Below, in pieces: positions 7,817-17,252 of a stretch of DNA of 53,245 nt. The notes under the pieces were generated by a model. The model made no database searches. It was not told the DNA's origin and worked only from the letters and a program-made list of their open reading frames with translations. The translations under genes were made by a program, and so were the position numbers. The stretch comes from Gemmatimonadota bacterium (GTDB lineage: Bacteria; Gemmatimonadota; Gemmatimonadetes; Gemmatimonadales; Gemmatimonadaceae). The DNA is taken from contig JANMLN010000144.1 of the NCBI GenBank assembly GCA_031372565.1, positions 1-53,245 of the forward strand. The letters are read 5' to 3'. Position 1 is the first letter of the stretch. Every line of letters begins with the position of its first letter.

Positions 7817-9349
7817 TCAGGCGCTCAAGTCGTCCGCGTCGTCGCCCGGCTGGTTCAGCTTGTTGCGGAGCGTGCGCACGCTCATGCCGAGGAGTTCGGC
7901 CGCGCGAGTCCGGTTGCCATTCGATGCTTCCAGCGCGCGCTGGATCAGGACACGCTCCGCATCGGCCACGTTGAAGGTGTTGAGCACCACGTCGTTGGGC
8001 ATGCCGAGCGCGCCGCCCGCTCCCTGCACCGGCACCCCCATGGATGGGGTGTAGACCGGGTTGTACGTGGGGGTCCCGTACGACGGCGACGTCGGGGCCA
8101 TGACCCCGGGGGTCACGACCGGCTGCGGACCGCTCGTGCGCAGCGCGCGATCGACGGGGCGGACGGGCGCCGACGGGGCAACCCCGAAGCGCCCGGCGTC
8201 GAACGCGCGGAGTGGAATCACACCGTCGGTGCTGAAGATGACCGCGCGCTCCACCACGCTCTGCAGCTCACGCACGTTGCCGGTCCACTCCTGCGTCTGC
8301 AGCCAGGCGAGCGCATCCGGCGCAATCGCGCTGACGTCCTTGCTGAGCTCCTGTCCCATCTTGATGGCGAACCGCATGGCCAGATGCGGGATATCCTCGC
8401 GGCGTTCGCGAAGCGGCGGAATCAGAATGTGGATGCCGTTGAGCCGGAAGTAGAGGTCCTGCCGGAAGTTGCCGGCAGCCGCCTCGGCGGCGAGGTCGCG
8501 ATTGGTCGTGGCAATCACGCGCACGTCGACGCGAATCGCGTTGGTGCCGCCCACGCGCTCGAACTCACGCTCCTGCAGCACACGCAACAGCTTGGCCTGC
8601 AGATCCAGCCGCATCTCGCTGATTTCGTCGAGCAGGAGCGTCCCGCGATGCGCGCGCTCGAAGGCCCCCTCGACGCGCTTGAGCGCCCCGGTAAAGGCGC
8701 CCTTCTCGTGCCCGAACAGCACGCTCTCGATGAGGCCCTCGGGAAGCGCGGCGCAGTTGAGCTGGATGAACGGGCCGTCACGCCGGTCGCTCTGGTCGTG
8801 GACCGCGCGCGCGAACAGCTCCTTGCCCGTGCCGCTCTCCCCCTGCAGCAGGACCGACGCGCGCGTGGGCGCGGCCATCGCGACCGTCTGTAGGATGCGG
8901 CGCACGGGCGCCGAGTCCCCGACGATCTGCCGCTCGGAGCGGTACTCCATGATCTCGCGACGGAGCGACGCGTTCTCGCGGCGCAGCCGCACGAAATCGA
9001 GTGCCATGTCGACGGCCAACTCGAGCTGCTGGGCACGGATCGGCTTGGTGATGTAGTCGATCGCGCCGGCCTTGATGCTCGCCACGGCATGCTCGATGCT
9101 CGCGTGGCCGGTGAGCATGATGAGCGGGACGTCGTAGCCGTCGCGCGAGAGGATCGAGAGAAACTCGAGCCCCGTCTGCCCGGGCATCCGGTAATCGGAG
9201 ATGATCAGGTCGACGCCGCCGCGCGCGAGCACCTCGAGCGCTTCCGCGACGCCGCGGACCACGATCGACTCGTGACCCGCGCGCACCAGCGCGTCCTCGA
9301 GAATCATCCCGACGGACGGCTCGTCGTCTACACAGAGTATGGTGGCCAT
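7817..9349 (-). CDS. sigma54-dependent response regulator (NtrC family; FlrC/FleR/FlgR-like flagellar activator)
   Basis: REC domain (VDDE, SDYRMPG, DYITKP), AAA+ GESGTGKE, GAFTGA, LLDEI, FRQDLYFRL, Fis-type HTH (GNRTRAAELLG). Confidence 0.93.
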   Translation of the reverse strand: MATILCVDDEPSVGMILEDALVRAGHESIVVRGVAEALEVLARGGVDLIISDYRMPGQTGLEFLSILSRDGYDVPLIMLTGHASIEHAVASIKAGAIDYITKPIRAQQLELAVDMALDFVRLRRENASLRREIMEYRSERQIVGDSAPVRRILQTVAMAAPTRASVLLQGESGTGKELFARAVHDQSDRRDGPFIQLNCAALPEGLIESVLFGHEKGAFTGALKRVEGAFERAHRGTLLLDEISEMRLDLQAKLLRVLQEREFERVGGTNAIRVDVRVIATTNRDLAAEAAAGNFRQDLYFRLNGIHILIPPLRERREDIPHLAMRFAIKMGQELSKDVSAIAPDALAWLQTQEWTGNVRELQSVVERAVIFSTDGVIPLRAFDAGRFGVAPSAPVRPVDRALRTSGPQPVVTPGVMAPTSPSYGTPTYNPVYTPSMGVPVQGAGGALGMPNDVVLNTFNVADAERVLIQRALEASNGNRTRAAELLGMSVRTLRNKLNQPGDDADDLSA

Positions 9350-9436
9350 GGCGGATTGGGCGCGGGACTCCCAATTCTATCCGCCTCGCCGCGTGAGCGC
9401 TGCCCTTCTGGCCCGCCGAGGGCTGATCGGCCGGGG

Positions 9437-9760
9437 CTAGCCGAGGCGCGCGAAGTGACCCGCACTGCTCGCACTCGCATACCCCTGCGTCGCGGCACGC
9501 CCGCTGTCGACGGTCGCGATCGTCTCGCCGACGGCCCCCTTCTCGCGTTCCAGCCGGTCGGTCAGTGATTCCACGGCCGCCGCCAGCTGCAGCGCCGCTT
9601 CGAGCGACGGGCCGTCGTCGTAGGGCGCTGGCGGAATCGAGGAGAACTCCGCCACGGCCTCACCGAGCAGCTGATCGGCGACCTCGGCATCCCGGCCCAC
9701 CCACTCACTCGCGAGCAGGACCAGCCGTTCGACCGCCGCGAGCGCCGCGACCCGGCTCAC
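9437..9760 (-). CDS. Small helical protein, FliT-like by position
   Basis: 4-nt overlap with fliS, 107 aa, helical, C-terminal GY motif. Confidence 0.55.
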   Translation of the reverse strand: MSRVAALAAVERLVLLASEWVGRDAEVADQLLGEAVAEFSSIPPAPYDDGPSLEAALQLAAAVESLTDRLEREKGAVGETIATVDSGRAATQGYASASSAGHFARLG

Positions 9761-10155
9761 GCGACCGCCGCGCGCGCAGCGCCCGTGCTCGTGATCTCGC
9801 TGAAGGCATCGCGGATCGGCGTGAGCAGCGTGATGACGCGCTCGTAGATGGCACCGTCGCCCTTGATCGGTGCGCCATGCAGCTGCTTCAGGCTGAACAG
9901 GTAGAGCGACGCCAGGTTGGCCGCGATCTCGCCCCCCTGCTCGCGGTCCAGCGTGGCCAGCAGTTCGCCAATCAGGTCGCGGGCCTGCTGCGCGCCGCGC
10001 ACAGCGAGCTCGAGGTTGCCGGACTGCGAACCGATGCGGGCGCGTGTCAGCGCAGTGAACAGCGCATCGAACGTCAGGACCAGCAGGCGCCCCGGGGGCG
10101 CGGTGAGAACTTCCTGCTCACGATAGCGTTCGGCAGCGGGCTTCATGGGGTTCAC
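9757..10155 (-). CDS. fliS: Flagellin chaperone FliS
   Basis: YREQEVLTAPPGRLLVLTFD, ELLATLDREQGGEIAANLASLY, IRDAFSEI. Confidence 0.93.
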   Translation of the reverse strand: MNPMKPAAERYREQEVLTAPPGRLLVLTFDALFTALTRARIGSQSGNLELAVRGAQQARDLIGELLATLDREQGGEIAANLASLYLFSLKQLHGAPIKGDGAIYERVITLLTPIRDAFSEITSTGAARAAVA

Positions 10156-10193
10156 GTCGAGTCGGCTCCGGATGGGGTTCGGGTGCTTCCGGA

Positions 10194-10220
10194 GTATCGG
10201 CTAGCGGCTCTGTTGATTGA
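10194..10220 (-). promoter_or_regulatory. sigma28 promoter for fliS, overlapping the fliD stop codon
   Basis: Minus strand reads TCAA-N15-GCCGATAC. Confidence 0.65.
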
Positions 10221-12891
10221 GCGAGTTCAGCTGCGCCGTGATCGCGGACGAGATCGAGTTCGTCTTCGAGATCGCGCGCTCCATCGCGATGAACTGCCGC
10301 GTGAGGCTGACCCGACGATTGTCGAGCAGCTTCTGCTGGTCGAGAATCTGCCGGTCGAGCCGGTCCATGCGCGCCTGCAGCTGCGCCACGCGCGCGTCCG
10401 TGACCGAGCCCGCACCGCTGGACATCGAGGCCGTGAGCTTCGCGATCATGCCATTGACGCCCTGCGAGAACCGCACCGTGCCCGCCGCGCGTGCGGTGCT
10501 TCCCGTGTAGCGGATGACGAGCCCTTCGCTGGCATCGCCCTTGGCCGCGGTCAGCGCCTGTCCGACGCCCGTCGCCACCTTGCCGTTGATCGAACCCGCC
10601 ACGTTGAGCCCGTTCGTCGTGCCGGCGGCAAGTCCGAGCGCCGCCGTGCCGTCACCGCCCGCGCCGGGGGTGTAGGCAATCGTGAAGCCCGCACCGGAGC
10701 CGTACTCCGCCGACGTCAGCTGTACGCTGCCCCCGACCGTCTTGGCTGCGGTGAGCGCCAGCCCCTGGCCCGCGAAGGCGGCGTTCATCCGGGCGATGAC
10801 CGTGTCGATGCCATCGCCATTGCCGAGGCTCACGGAGGCGGTGCGTCCGGTGGCCGCATCGGTGATCGACATGGTGTCGGCCGCGCCGCTCGTGGCATAC
10901 GTGCTCCACACGGCACCGGTCGCGCTTGCGCGCGTGGCCGCCTGCGTGATCACGACGGCATACGGCGTGCTGGTCGGCTTGGTCGCGATCGACCCCGTCA
11001 CGAACGACACCTCGGCGTCGCTCGCATCGCCGGTCATGGCGAACAGCTGCTGCACGGCCGTCGGCTGCGAGGCCAGCGACTCCGCGAACCTGGTCGCGTC
11101 GAGCGAGAGCACCCCCGCCTTGTCGTGCTGGAGCCCGTACAACGACGCGACCCCCGATACGCCACTCGAGAGGCCGGGAATCGTGGCGATGATCGAGTTG
11201 GTGAGCGTTGTCATCATGCCGCGCACCGTCGCATCGTTGGCCAGCGAGCCGCCCGGCGCCGTGTTGGTGTTCACCCACGTACGCATCGCGTTGTACGCGC
11301 TCACCATCTGGTTCACTCGCTGCGTGATGCCCGTCGTATCGCGCGACACCGTCAGCGTCACCGGTGTGCCCGTCGTCAACCCTTGCAGGTTGAGCGTCAC
11401 GCCGGCGACGCCGTTGGCGAGCGCATTGGTCCGCCCCGAGACGAGTCGTCCGTCCACGCGGGCGGTCGCGTCCTGGCCGGCGGTGATCGCCACCGAGCGG
11501 CCGACCGTTCCGTTCGCCGTGCCGAACGCGCCGAGCGTCGACGTGCCACCGCCGACCCGCTGGACGGTGATGGCGAGCGCGAGCTGTGAATCGCCGTTCA
11601 CGCCATCGGTCAGGCGGAGCCGCCCGCTGCCATCCACGCTCGCGGTCGCGGGCCGAGCGCCGGCGCCGAACCCGCTTGTTCCGTCGTTGAGCGCCGTCAG
11701 CACATCCTGCATGGTGGTGCCAGCGCCGATCGTGAGCGTGCGCGCCACGGTCGAACCGTCGCCACGCTTCCCTTGCAGCTGCAGGACGTCGCCGACGGCG
11801 AGGCTCAGGCTGCCGCCCGACGTGGCCAGGTCCGTGAGCAGCGTGCTGCCCGTGGCCGCACTCACGCCATCGGTGAAGGCGCTGCCGCTGGCCACCACCT
11901 GCGCCACGCCACCGCGCCCGGTCTTGCTGAAGCCGAGCACGGCGAGCGTCGCGGCGCTCGCGACGGCGTCGACAGTACCATCGGCCTCGACGGGCACGGA
12001 ACTCACGAGCCGCGACTGCGTGCGGCCGTTCGCGGTCTCGGACACGATGCGCGCGGCATCGGGGCGGCCGAGCGCCACGTTGATGCGCGTCACGATCGCC
12101 GACAGCGAGTCGATGCTCAGGTCGACATTGATGACCTGCCCACCGATGCGCATCGTCGAGGGCGTCGGCAGTTGCACGCCGAGCAGCGACGCCACGGCAG
12201 CGGTGGAGCTCGACACGCGGAACGACTGCATCTCGCCCGTGGGCAGCACGTTGCCCTGCGTACTGCCATCGGCGAGGCCGAGCGCCACCAACGCGCCCGC
12301 GGTGCCATCGGCGAGCTCGATCCCGTCGCGGCCCGTGTCGCCCGCGGTGAGGACCAGGCGTGCACCGCCCAAGCCGCCCTGGATGACCGCCGACACGCCA
12401 CTCGCGTTCGCGCCCGTGTTGGCGGTGTTGACCTTGTCACGCAGCGTCTGCAGCGTGTCGCTGCCCGTGATCGACACGGCGCGCCCGTTCACGAGCACGG
12501 AGCCGGTCACACCTAGCGCGGCGGCAGCATCGGTGACCACGAGTCCGCCGACCTTGTCGGTGCGCGCCAGTTGCAGCGTCTCCACGTCGTAGCGCCCCGG
12601 TACGGCGGTGGCGCTGCCGGTGGCGGTCAGGATGCCGCTGCCACTCGACGGGACGCTCACCGTGGTGGCGCTGAACATGGCAGGATCCGAGAGCCCGTTT
12701 GCCGCCGTCTGCAGGGCCCCGGCGACACCGGCGAACGTGCGGAGCGAGACCTGATTGGAGCCCGCCCTGGTCTTGGCCGACGACAGCGGATCGACCTCGC
12801 GCGCCGCCTCGGCGGCGATGATCTGCTTGACGAGGTCCGGCCACTGGATGCCAGAGGACAGGCCACTCACACTGCTGATCGGTGCAGTCAT
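10201..12891 (-). CDS. fliD: Flagellar filament cap protein FliD (long, 896 aa)
   Basis: SGLSSGI N-terminus, GQDA..VDG..SG.TN...GVTLNL, LSLDATRF, C-terminal LTRQFIAMERAIS. Confidence 0.93.
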   Translation of the reverse strand: MTAPISSVSGLSSGIQWPDLVKQIIAAEAAREVDPLSSAKTRAGSNQVSLRTFAGVAGALQTAANGLSDPAMFSATTVSVPSSGSGILTATGSATAVPGRYDVETLQLARTDKVGGLVVTDAAAALGVTGSVLVNGRAVSITGSDTLQTLRDKVNTANTGANASGVSAVIQGGLGGARLVLTAGDTGRDGIELADGTAGALVALGLADGSTQGNVLPTGEMQSFRVSSSTAAVASLLGVQLPTPSTMRIGGQVINVDLSIDSLSAIVTRINVALGRPDAARIVSETANGRTQSRLVSSVPVEADGTVDAVASAATLAVLGFSKTGRGGVAQVVASGSAFTDGVSAATGSTLLTDLATSGGSLSLAVGDVLQLQGKRGDGSTVARTLTIGAGTTMQDVLTALNDGTSGFGAGARPATASVDGSGRLRLTDGVNGDSQLALAITVQRVGGGTSTLGAFGTANGTVGRSVAITAGQDATARVDGRLVSGRTNALANGVAGVTLNLQGLTTGTPVTLTVSRDTTGITQRVNQMVSAYNAMRTWVNTNTAPGGSLANDATVRGMMTTLTNSIIATIPGLSSGVSGVASLYGLQHDKAGVLSLDATRFAESLASQPTAVQQLFAMTGDASDAEVSFVTGSIATKPTSTPYAVVITQAATRASATGAVWSTYATSGAADTMSITDAATGRTASVSLGNGDGIDTVIARMNAAFAGQGLALTAAKTVGGSVQLTSAEYGSGAGFTIAYTPGAGGDGTAALGLAAGTTNGLNVAGSINGKVATGVGQALTAAKGDASEGLVIRYTGSTARAAGTVRFSQGVNGMIAKLTASMSSGAGSVTDARVAQLQARMDRLDRQILDQQKLLDNRRVSLTRQFIAMERAISKTNSISSAITAQLNSLNQQSR

Positions 12892-12932
12892 CGGAGGATC
12901 TCGGGAACAGGGTGGTCGCGGTCGACCGGATC

Positions 12933-12978
12933 AAGCGGCGACGCCCCCGGACCAGAGGTGGCCCGGGGGACGTCGCTT
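12933..12978 (-). terminator. GC-rich hairpin downstream of fliC
   Basis: Imperfect inverted repeat GCGACGCCCCCGG...CCGGGGGACGTCGC between fliC and fliD. Confidence 0.55.
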
Positions 12979-13005
12979 CAGGCGTCGAAGACGCCGGTTG
13001 CGAGA

Positions 13006-14106
13006 CTACTGGAGCAGCTTGAGGACACCCTGCCCCGACTGGTTCGCCTGCGCCAGCATCGCGGTGCCGGCCTGGGCGAGGATCTGGTTCTTGCTGAACT
13101 TCACCATCTCGTCCGCCATGTCGAGGTCACGGATCGTCGACTCAGCGGCGGCGTAGTTCGAGATCACCGTCTTGAGGTTGTCCACCGCGTTCGAGATGCG
13201 GGACTGGCCGGCGCCGATGACACCGAGCGCGGTGTTGACGTTGCCGATGGCCGTGTCGAGCGAGGCCAGTGCGGTCTGCGCGTTGGCGAGCGTGTCTGCG
13301 GCTGCGGAGCTGATGCCGAGCCCCGAGGCGCGCAGGTCGAGCGAGGAACCGGCGATCGTGAGGACGTCGCTCGAGGTGTAGCTACCCGATGCGCCGACCA
13401 GGAAGGTGCCCGATCCGCCGGAGACGATCACGTTCGTGGAGTCAACCGTCGCGCCGTCGAAGCTGTTGTCCGTGTTGATCGTGACGCCGAACGCGCTGAA
13501 GTTGAGGCTCTGCTTCGTGGCCGCGGTGAACGCCAGGGTCTGCGAGGTGCTGCCGCTGGTCATCGTCACCACGCCGGCGGTGCTGCCCGTGATCGAGTAC
13601 GTGCCGGTTGCCGCGCCACTGATCTCGGCCGAGTACACGCCGGTGCCGGCGGCAATCGACGTCGAGGAGCCGCTCACCGACGCGCCGAAGGAACCGTTGA
13701 GCAGCGCGTTGCCCTGGAACTTCGTGGTGGCGACGGTGCGGTCGATTTCCGACTTCAGCGCCTGGAACTCGGCGTTCACGCGCGTGCGGCCCGGGCTGTC
13801 CACGCTGTCCGACGCGGCCTGCGCGGCCAGTTCCTTCATGCGTTCCAGCATCTTCTGCACCGACTGCGCTGCGCCTTCCGCGATGTTGTACACGGAGTTG
13901 GCCTGCTCCGCGTTGCGCGTCGCCTGCGTGTACGTGCGAATGTCCGAACGCAGCTTGTTCGCGATGCCCAGGCCGGCGGAGTCATCGCTGGCCCGGTTGA
14001 TGCGGAAACCGCTGGACAGCTTCTCGCTCGACTTCGAGACCTCGTTCTGGACCATGCCGAGGTTCCGGGCGGCCGACATCGCGCCCACGTTCGTGTTGAT
14101 ACGCAT
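13006..14106 (-). CDS. fliC: Flagellin
   Basis: MRINTNV start at 14106, KLSSGFRINRASDDSAGL, ESTIRDLDMADEM, ILAQAGTAMLAQANQ...VLKLLQ. Confidence 0.98.
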   Translation of the reverse strand: MRINTNVGAMSAARNLGMVQNEVSKSSEKLSSGFRINRASDDSAGLGIANKLRSDIRTYTQATRNAEQANSVYNIAEGAAQSVQKMLERMKELAAQAASDSVDSPGRTRVNAEFQALKSEIDRTVATTKFQGNALLNGSFGASVSGSSTSIAAGTGVYSAEISGAATGTYSITGSTAGVVTMTSGSTSQTLAFTAATKQSLNFSAFGVTINTDNSFDGATVDSTNVIVSGGSGTFLVGASGSYTSSDVLTIAGSSLDLRASGLGISSAAADTLANAQTALASLDTAIGNVNTALGVIGAGQSRISNAVDNLKTVISNYAAAESTIRDLDMADEMVKFSKNQILAQAGTAMLAQANQSGQGVLKLLQ

Positions 14107-14109
14107 TGT

Positions 14110-14184
14110 GCCATCTCCATTGGCGGGGTAACCGGGGCATCCGTGCCCCATCAAGGATCGGCCGATTGCCGATGTCCTCTCGGC
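14110..14184 (-). promoter_or_regulatory. Flagellin 5' leader with three GGA-loop hairpins (CsrA/RsmA-type sites)
   Basis: GCCGA-GAGGACA-TCGGC (14168-14184), GGGGC-ACGGAT-GCCCC (14134-14149) and GCCA-ATGGAGA-TGGC (14110-14124, which contains the SD). Confidence 0.75.
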
Positions 14185-14187
14185 TCA

Positions 14188-14214
14188 TTATCGGAGCGTA
14201 CCGCGAGGACTTGA
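14188..14214 (-). promoter_or_regulatory. sigma28 (FliA) promoter of fliC
   Basis: Minus strand reads TCAA-N15-TCCGATAA (consensus TAAA-N15-GCCGATAA). Confidence 0.85.
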
Positions 14215-14231
14215 GTACCTGTTGTGCTCGA

Positions 14232-17200
14232 CTATCCCGGAAGCACCGCGTCGAGCAGCATCTCGGCCTGCCGCGCCCACGTCCATGTACCCACGTGTGC
14301 CGCACCGGCGAGTCCGCGCGCGCGCGCCCAGGCACGATCCTGCCAACAGCGCTCGAGCGCCTCGACCATCTCGTCGACGCTCGACTCACCCCAGCCGTCG
14401 GTGCCGCGGACCATCGTGTTCGGCGTCACCCGACCCTGCTCCGCGAGCACGATCGCGCCATGGGGTGTCAGCAGGTCGAGCTGTCCGGTGTTGGCCGCCA
14501 CGATCGACGGCACGCCGCACGCCATCGCCTCCATGGCCACCAGATTGGTGCCGCCCTCGGCACGATTCGGAAAGAGCGCCACGTCGCATCCGTGCAGGAT
14601 GGTGGCAATCTCCGCCTGCGAACGAACGCCGAGATCGTGCACCGCGTCAGCGGGAACACCGTTGTCGACGAGCCAGCGCGTGACTTCGAGTCGACCGTTC
14701 ACGAGTGCGGGTACACCACGCACGTGGCCCGCCGCATCGATGCCGGCCATCCATTCGGCCCAGTGGTTGTGCCACGCGGTGACCAGGAGCGCCTCGGGAT
14801 GGCGCGAGCGGAAGATGCGGAACGCCGCCACGACGAGATCCTGTCCTTTCCGGAACTCCAGCTTGCCGCCGGAGAAGATCACGAAGCGCTCGCCAAACTG
14901 CGCGTTGCGCGCGGCCGGATGAAACAACGCAGGGTCTACTCCCTGCCAGACGCAGGTGACGCGCGGATGCCCGATCGAGCGCAGCAGCGCCTCGTTCCAC
15001 GTCGACCCCGCCACCAGCTGATCAAACCCGCGCGCGCGACGGCTCGCCGCACCATCCAGCGCCGTATCCTCGAGGAAGATGACCCCCGCATTGTGCTGCG
15101 AGGTGAAGATCGGGGCGGCACCGCGCAGCTGGTTGCCAAGGCCGGCGAGGTGAACGGCCGCAGGACCTTCGGCGCCAACAGCGCGGGGGAGCGCGTCGAG
15201 CATGGCGCGATCGGCGTCGGTCAGCGCCACGGTCATGGGTTCCTGCGCGAGGATCGGAGCGGCGCGCGAAGATCGCACCAGATGGCGGCACAGATGAAGG
15301 CCATACGTGCCCCATCCGGTCGTCGCGCCGACCTGCCAGCCGATGCTGACCGTCGATCGCAGACCAGCGCCGGGGCGCGCACGCGCACTCGGCGTGTCTG
15401 CGCGCACGGCGTCCGGCGCGTGCACCTGCGGCCGGATGCTCGACGCGCTCTGGCCAGCGGCCAACGCCCGCACGCCGTCAGCGATCGCACCTACCACGCT
15501 CGGCCAGTCGCCGCGCGTCGGCTGGCGCAACAACCGCATGCTGGAGTACCACGGCGTGTCGTCACGATCGATCCGCCACCGCCAATCCGGGACATGCGAC
15601 AGCGCGCACCAGACCGGTGTCCCCAGCGCGCCCGCGACGTGCGCGATCGCGCTGTCGATCGCGATCACGAGGTCGAGTTCGGCAATCACCGCAGCGGTGT
15701 CGCCCAGGTCGGCATCATGGCGCGCCAGGTCATGCACCTGCGGATAGGCCGTGAGGGCATCGCCACCGCCCTTCTGCAACGACACGAAGGTCACACCGGG
15801 AATCGCCAGCACCTCGCGAAGCGCATCGAGCGGCATCGACCGCTGTCCGTCACGCGAATGGCTGGGATTCCCCGCCCACACGATGCCCACACGGGGGCCG
15901 GGCAGTGCGCGTGCGCGCTCGGCGGCTGGCCGGACCGGCGCGCGGAGATATCCGTCGCCCAATGGCACGGTGTCGAGGGTTGTGCCGAGCCGCAGCGCCA
16001 ACCCCATGAGCCGCACGTGCAGATCCGCCTCCGGGAGCGGCGCATCCGGCGCGATGAAGGCGTCGATGCCGGGCAACAGGGCGAAGAGCGATCGCACCGG
16101 TCCCGCACATTCAACGGTCACATGCGATGCGCCACACTGCTTGAGCGCGGGGATGTAACGCGCGAAGTGGATCTGGTCGCCCAGTCCCTGCTCGGCGAGC
16201 ACGACAACGCGCGCACCGTGCATCGGTGTGCCGTCCCATTCCGGCGGGAGCTGCGCGCGTCGGCGCTCGCCCGGCAGGTGAATGCGCTTGCGGTGTTCGA
16301 ACCGGGCGAGTCCCTCGCGAAACTCCCCGCACAGCAGTTCCAGGATGGCCAGATTCCAGTTGACGGAGGCATCATCTGGCCGGAGCGCCATCGCCGACGC
16401 GAACGCGGTCCGCGCGGCCTCGTAGTCGCCCTGTTCGAAGGCCACCATGGCCAGTGCGGACCACGCCTGCGGAAGGGCATCGAACTCCGCCGTCGCCCAT
16501 TCGGCAGCGCGCCGTGCATCCGGCAGCCGGTTCATCGCCGCGAGCGTGTTCGCGATCTCGGTGACCGCGACACCGTGTGCCGGGTCCACCGCCATCGCGC
16601 GATGCAATGCCGCCAACGATGCCGCAAAGTTGCGCACCTCGCGATGCAGCGTGCCGAGATTGGTCCAGACGTCGATCGCCCTCGGCTCCGCGTCGAGCGC
16701 CGCCTCGCTGTTCGCGATCGCTTCGTTGTACCGCCCGAGGCAGCGCAGCGCGACCGCCCGGTTTGCCAGCGTCGTGGCATCGGCTGCGTCCAGCGCGAGC
16801 GCGCGGTCGTAGGCCGCAACCGCGCCGTCGTGGTCCCCGGTGGCCGTGCGCGCGTTGCCCAGCGTCCGCCACCAGTTCACCCGCCGCGGCTCCAGTCTCA
16901 CCGCCTGCTCAAGGGGTGCGATCGCCTCGGCCGGCTGCTCGATCATCGTGAGCACGAGCCCGAAGTTGTGGAATGCCTCGCCGTAATTGGCGTCGAGCTC
17001 GGCGGCGGTCGCATAGCACGCCAGCGCGGCGCCGAGTTCGTCACGCGTCGCGAGAATGCTGCCGAGGTTGTTGTGCGCGGCTGCGTGCCGCGGCGCATCT
17101 ATAAGGAAGCGACGGTATGCTCGTTCAGCACCCGTCAGGTCGCCCGCAACATGCAGCGCCACGGCCGCCTTGAAACCCGCGTCGCTCGACGCCGGAGCCG

Positions 17201-17249
17201 TCCCGCGGCGCTTTGCGGCGCGCGGGGCGAGTGTGCCCGGAGGAACCAT
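14232..17249 (-). CDS. TPR-repeat protein with two glycosyltransferase domains (GT9-like + GT4-like); probable flagellin glycosyltransferase
   Basis: Multiple TPRs (AHNNLG, AFHNFG, VWTNLG); EQGLGDQIHFARY and IDSAIAHVAGALG; C-terminal GGKLEFRKGQD and FPNRAEGGTNLVAMEAMACG; adjacent to fliC. Confidence 0.85.
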   Translation of the reverse strand: MVPPGTLAPRAAKRRGTAPASSDAGFKAAVALHVAGDLTGAERAYRRFLIDAPRHAAAHNNLGSILATRDELGAALACYATAAELDANYGEAFHNFGLVLTMIEQPAEAIAPLEQAVRLEPRRVNWWRTLGNARTATGDHDGAVAAYDRALALDAADATTLANRAVALRCLGRYNEAIANSEAALDAEPRAIDVWTNLGTLHREVRNFAASLAALHRAMAVDPAHGVAVTEIANTLAAMNRLPDARRAAEWATAEFDALPQAWSALAMVAFEQGDYEAARTAFASAMALRPDDASVNWNLAILELLCGEFREGLARFEHRKRIHLPGERRRAQLPPEWDGTPMHGARVVVLAEQGLGDQIHFARYIPALKQCGASHVTVECAGPVRSLFALLPGIDAFIAPDAPLPEADLHVRLMGLALRLGTTLDTVPLGDGYLRAPVRPAAERARALPGPRVGIVWAGNPSHSRDGQRSMPLDALREVLAIPGVTFVSLQKGGGDALTAYPQVHDLARHDADLGDTAAVIAELDLVIAIDSAIAHVAGALGTPVWCALSHVPDWRWRIDRDDTPWYSSMRLLRQPTRGDWPSVVGAIADGVRALAAGQSASSIRPQVHAPDAVRADTPSARARPGAGLRSTVSIGWQVGATTGWGTYGLHLCRHLVRSSRAAPILAQEPMTVALTDADRAMLDALPRAVGAEGPAAVHLAGLGNQLRGAAPIFTSQHNAGVIFLEDTALDGAASRRARGFDQLVAGSTWNEALLRSIGHPRVTCVWQGVDPALFHPAARNAQFGERFVIFSGGKLEFRKGQDLVVAAFRIFRSRHPEALLVTAWHNHWAEWMAGIDAAGHVRGVPALVNGRLEVTRWLVDNGVPADAVHDLGVRSQAEIATILHGCDVALFPNRAEGGTNLVAMEAMACGVPSIVAANTGQLDLLTPHGAIVLAEQGRVTPNTMVRGTDGWGESSVDEMVEALERCWQDRAWARARGLAGAAHVGTWTWARQAEMLLDAVLPG

Positions 17250-17252
17250 GGC

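Noticed and set aside
13006..14154. Longer fliC start at 14154
   Set aside because: The canonical MRINTN start is at 14106; the extension is the structured 5' leader.
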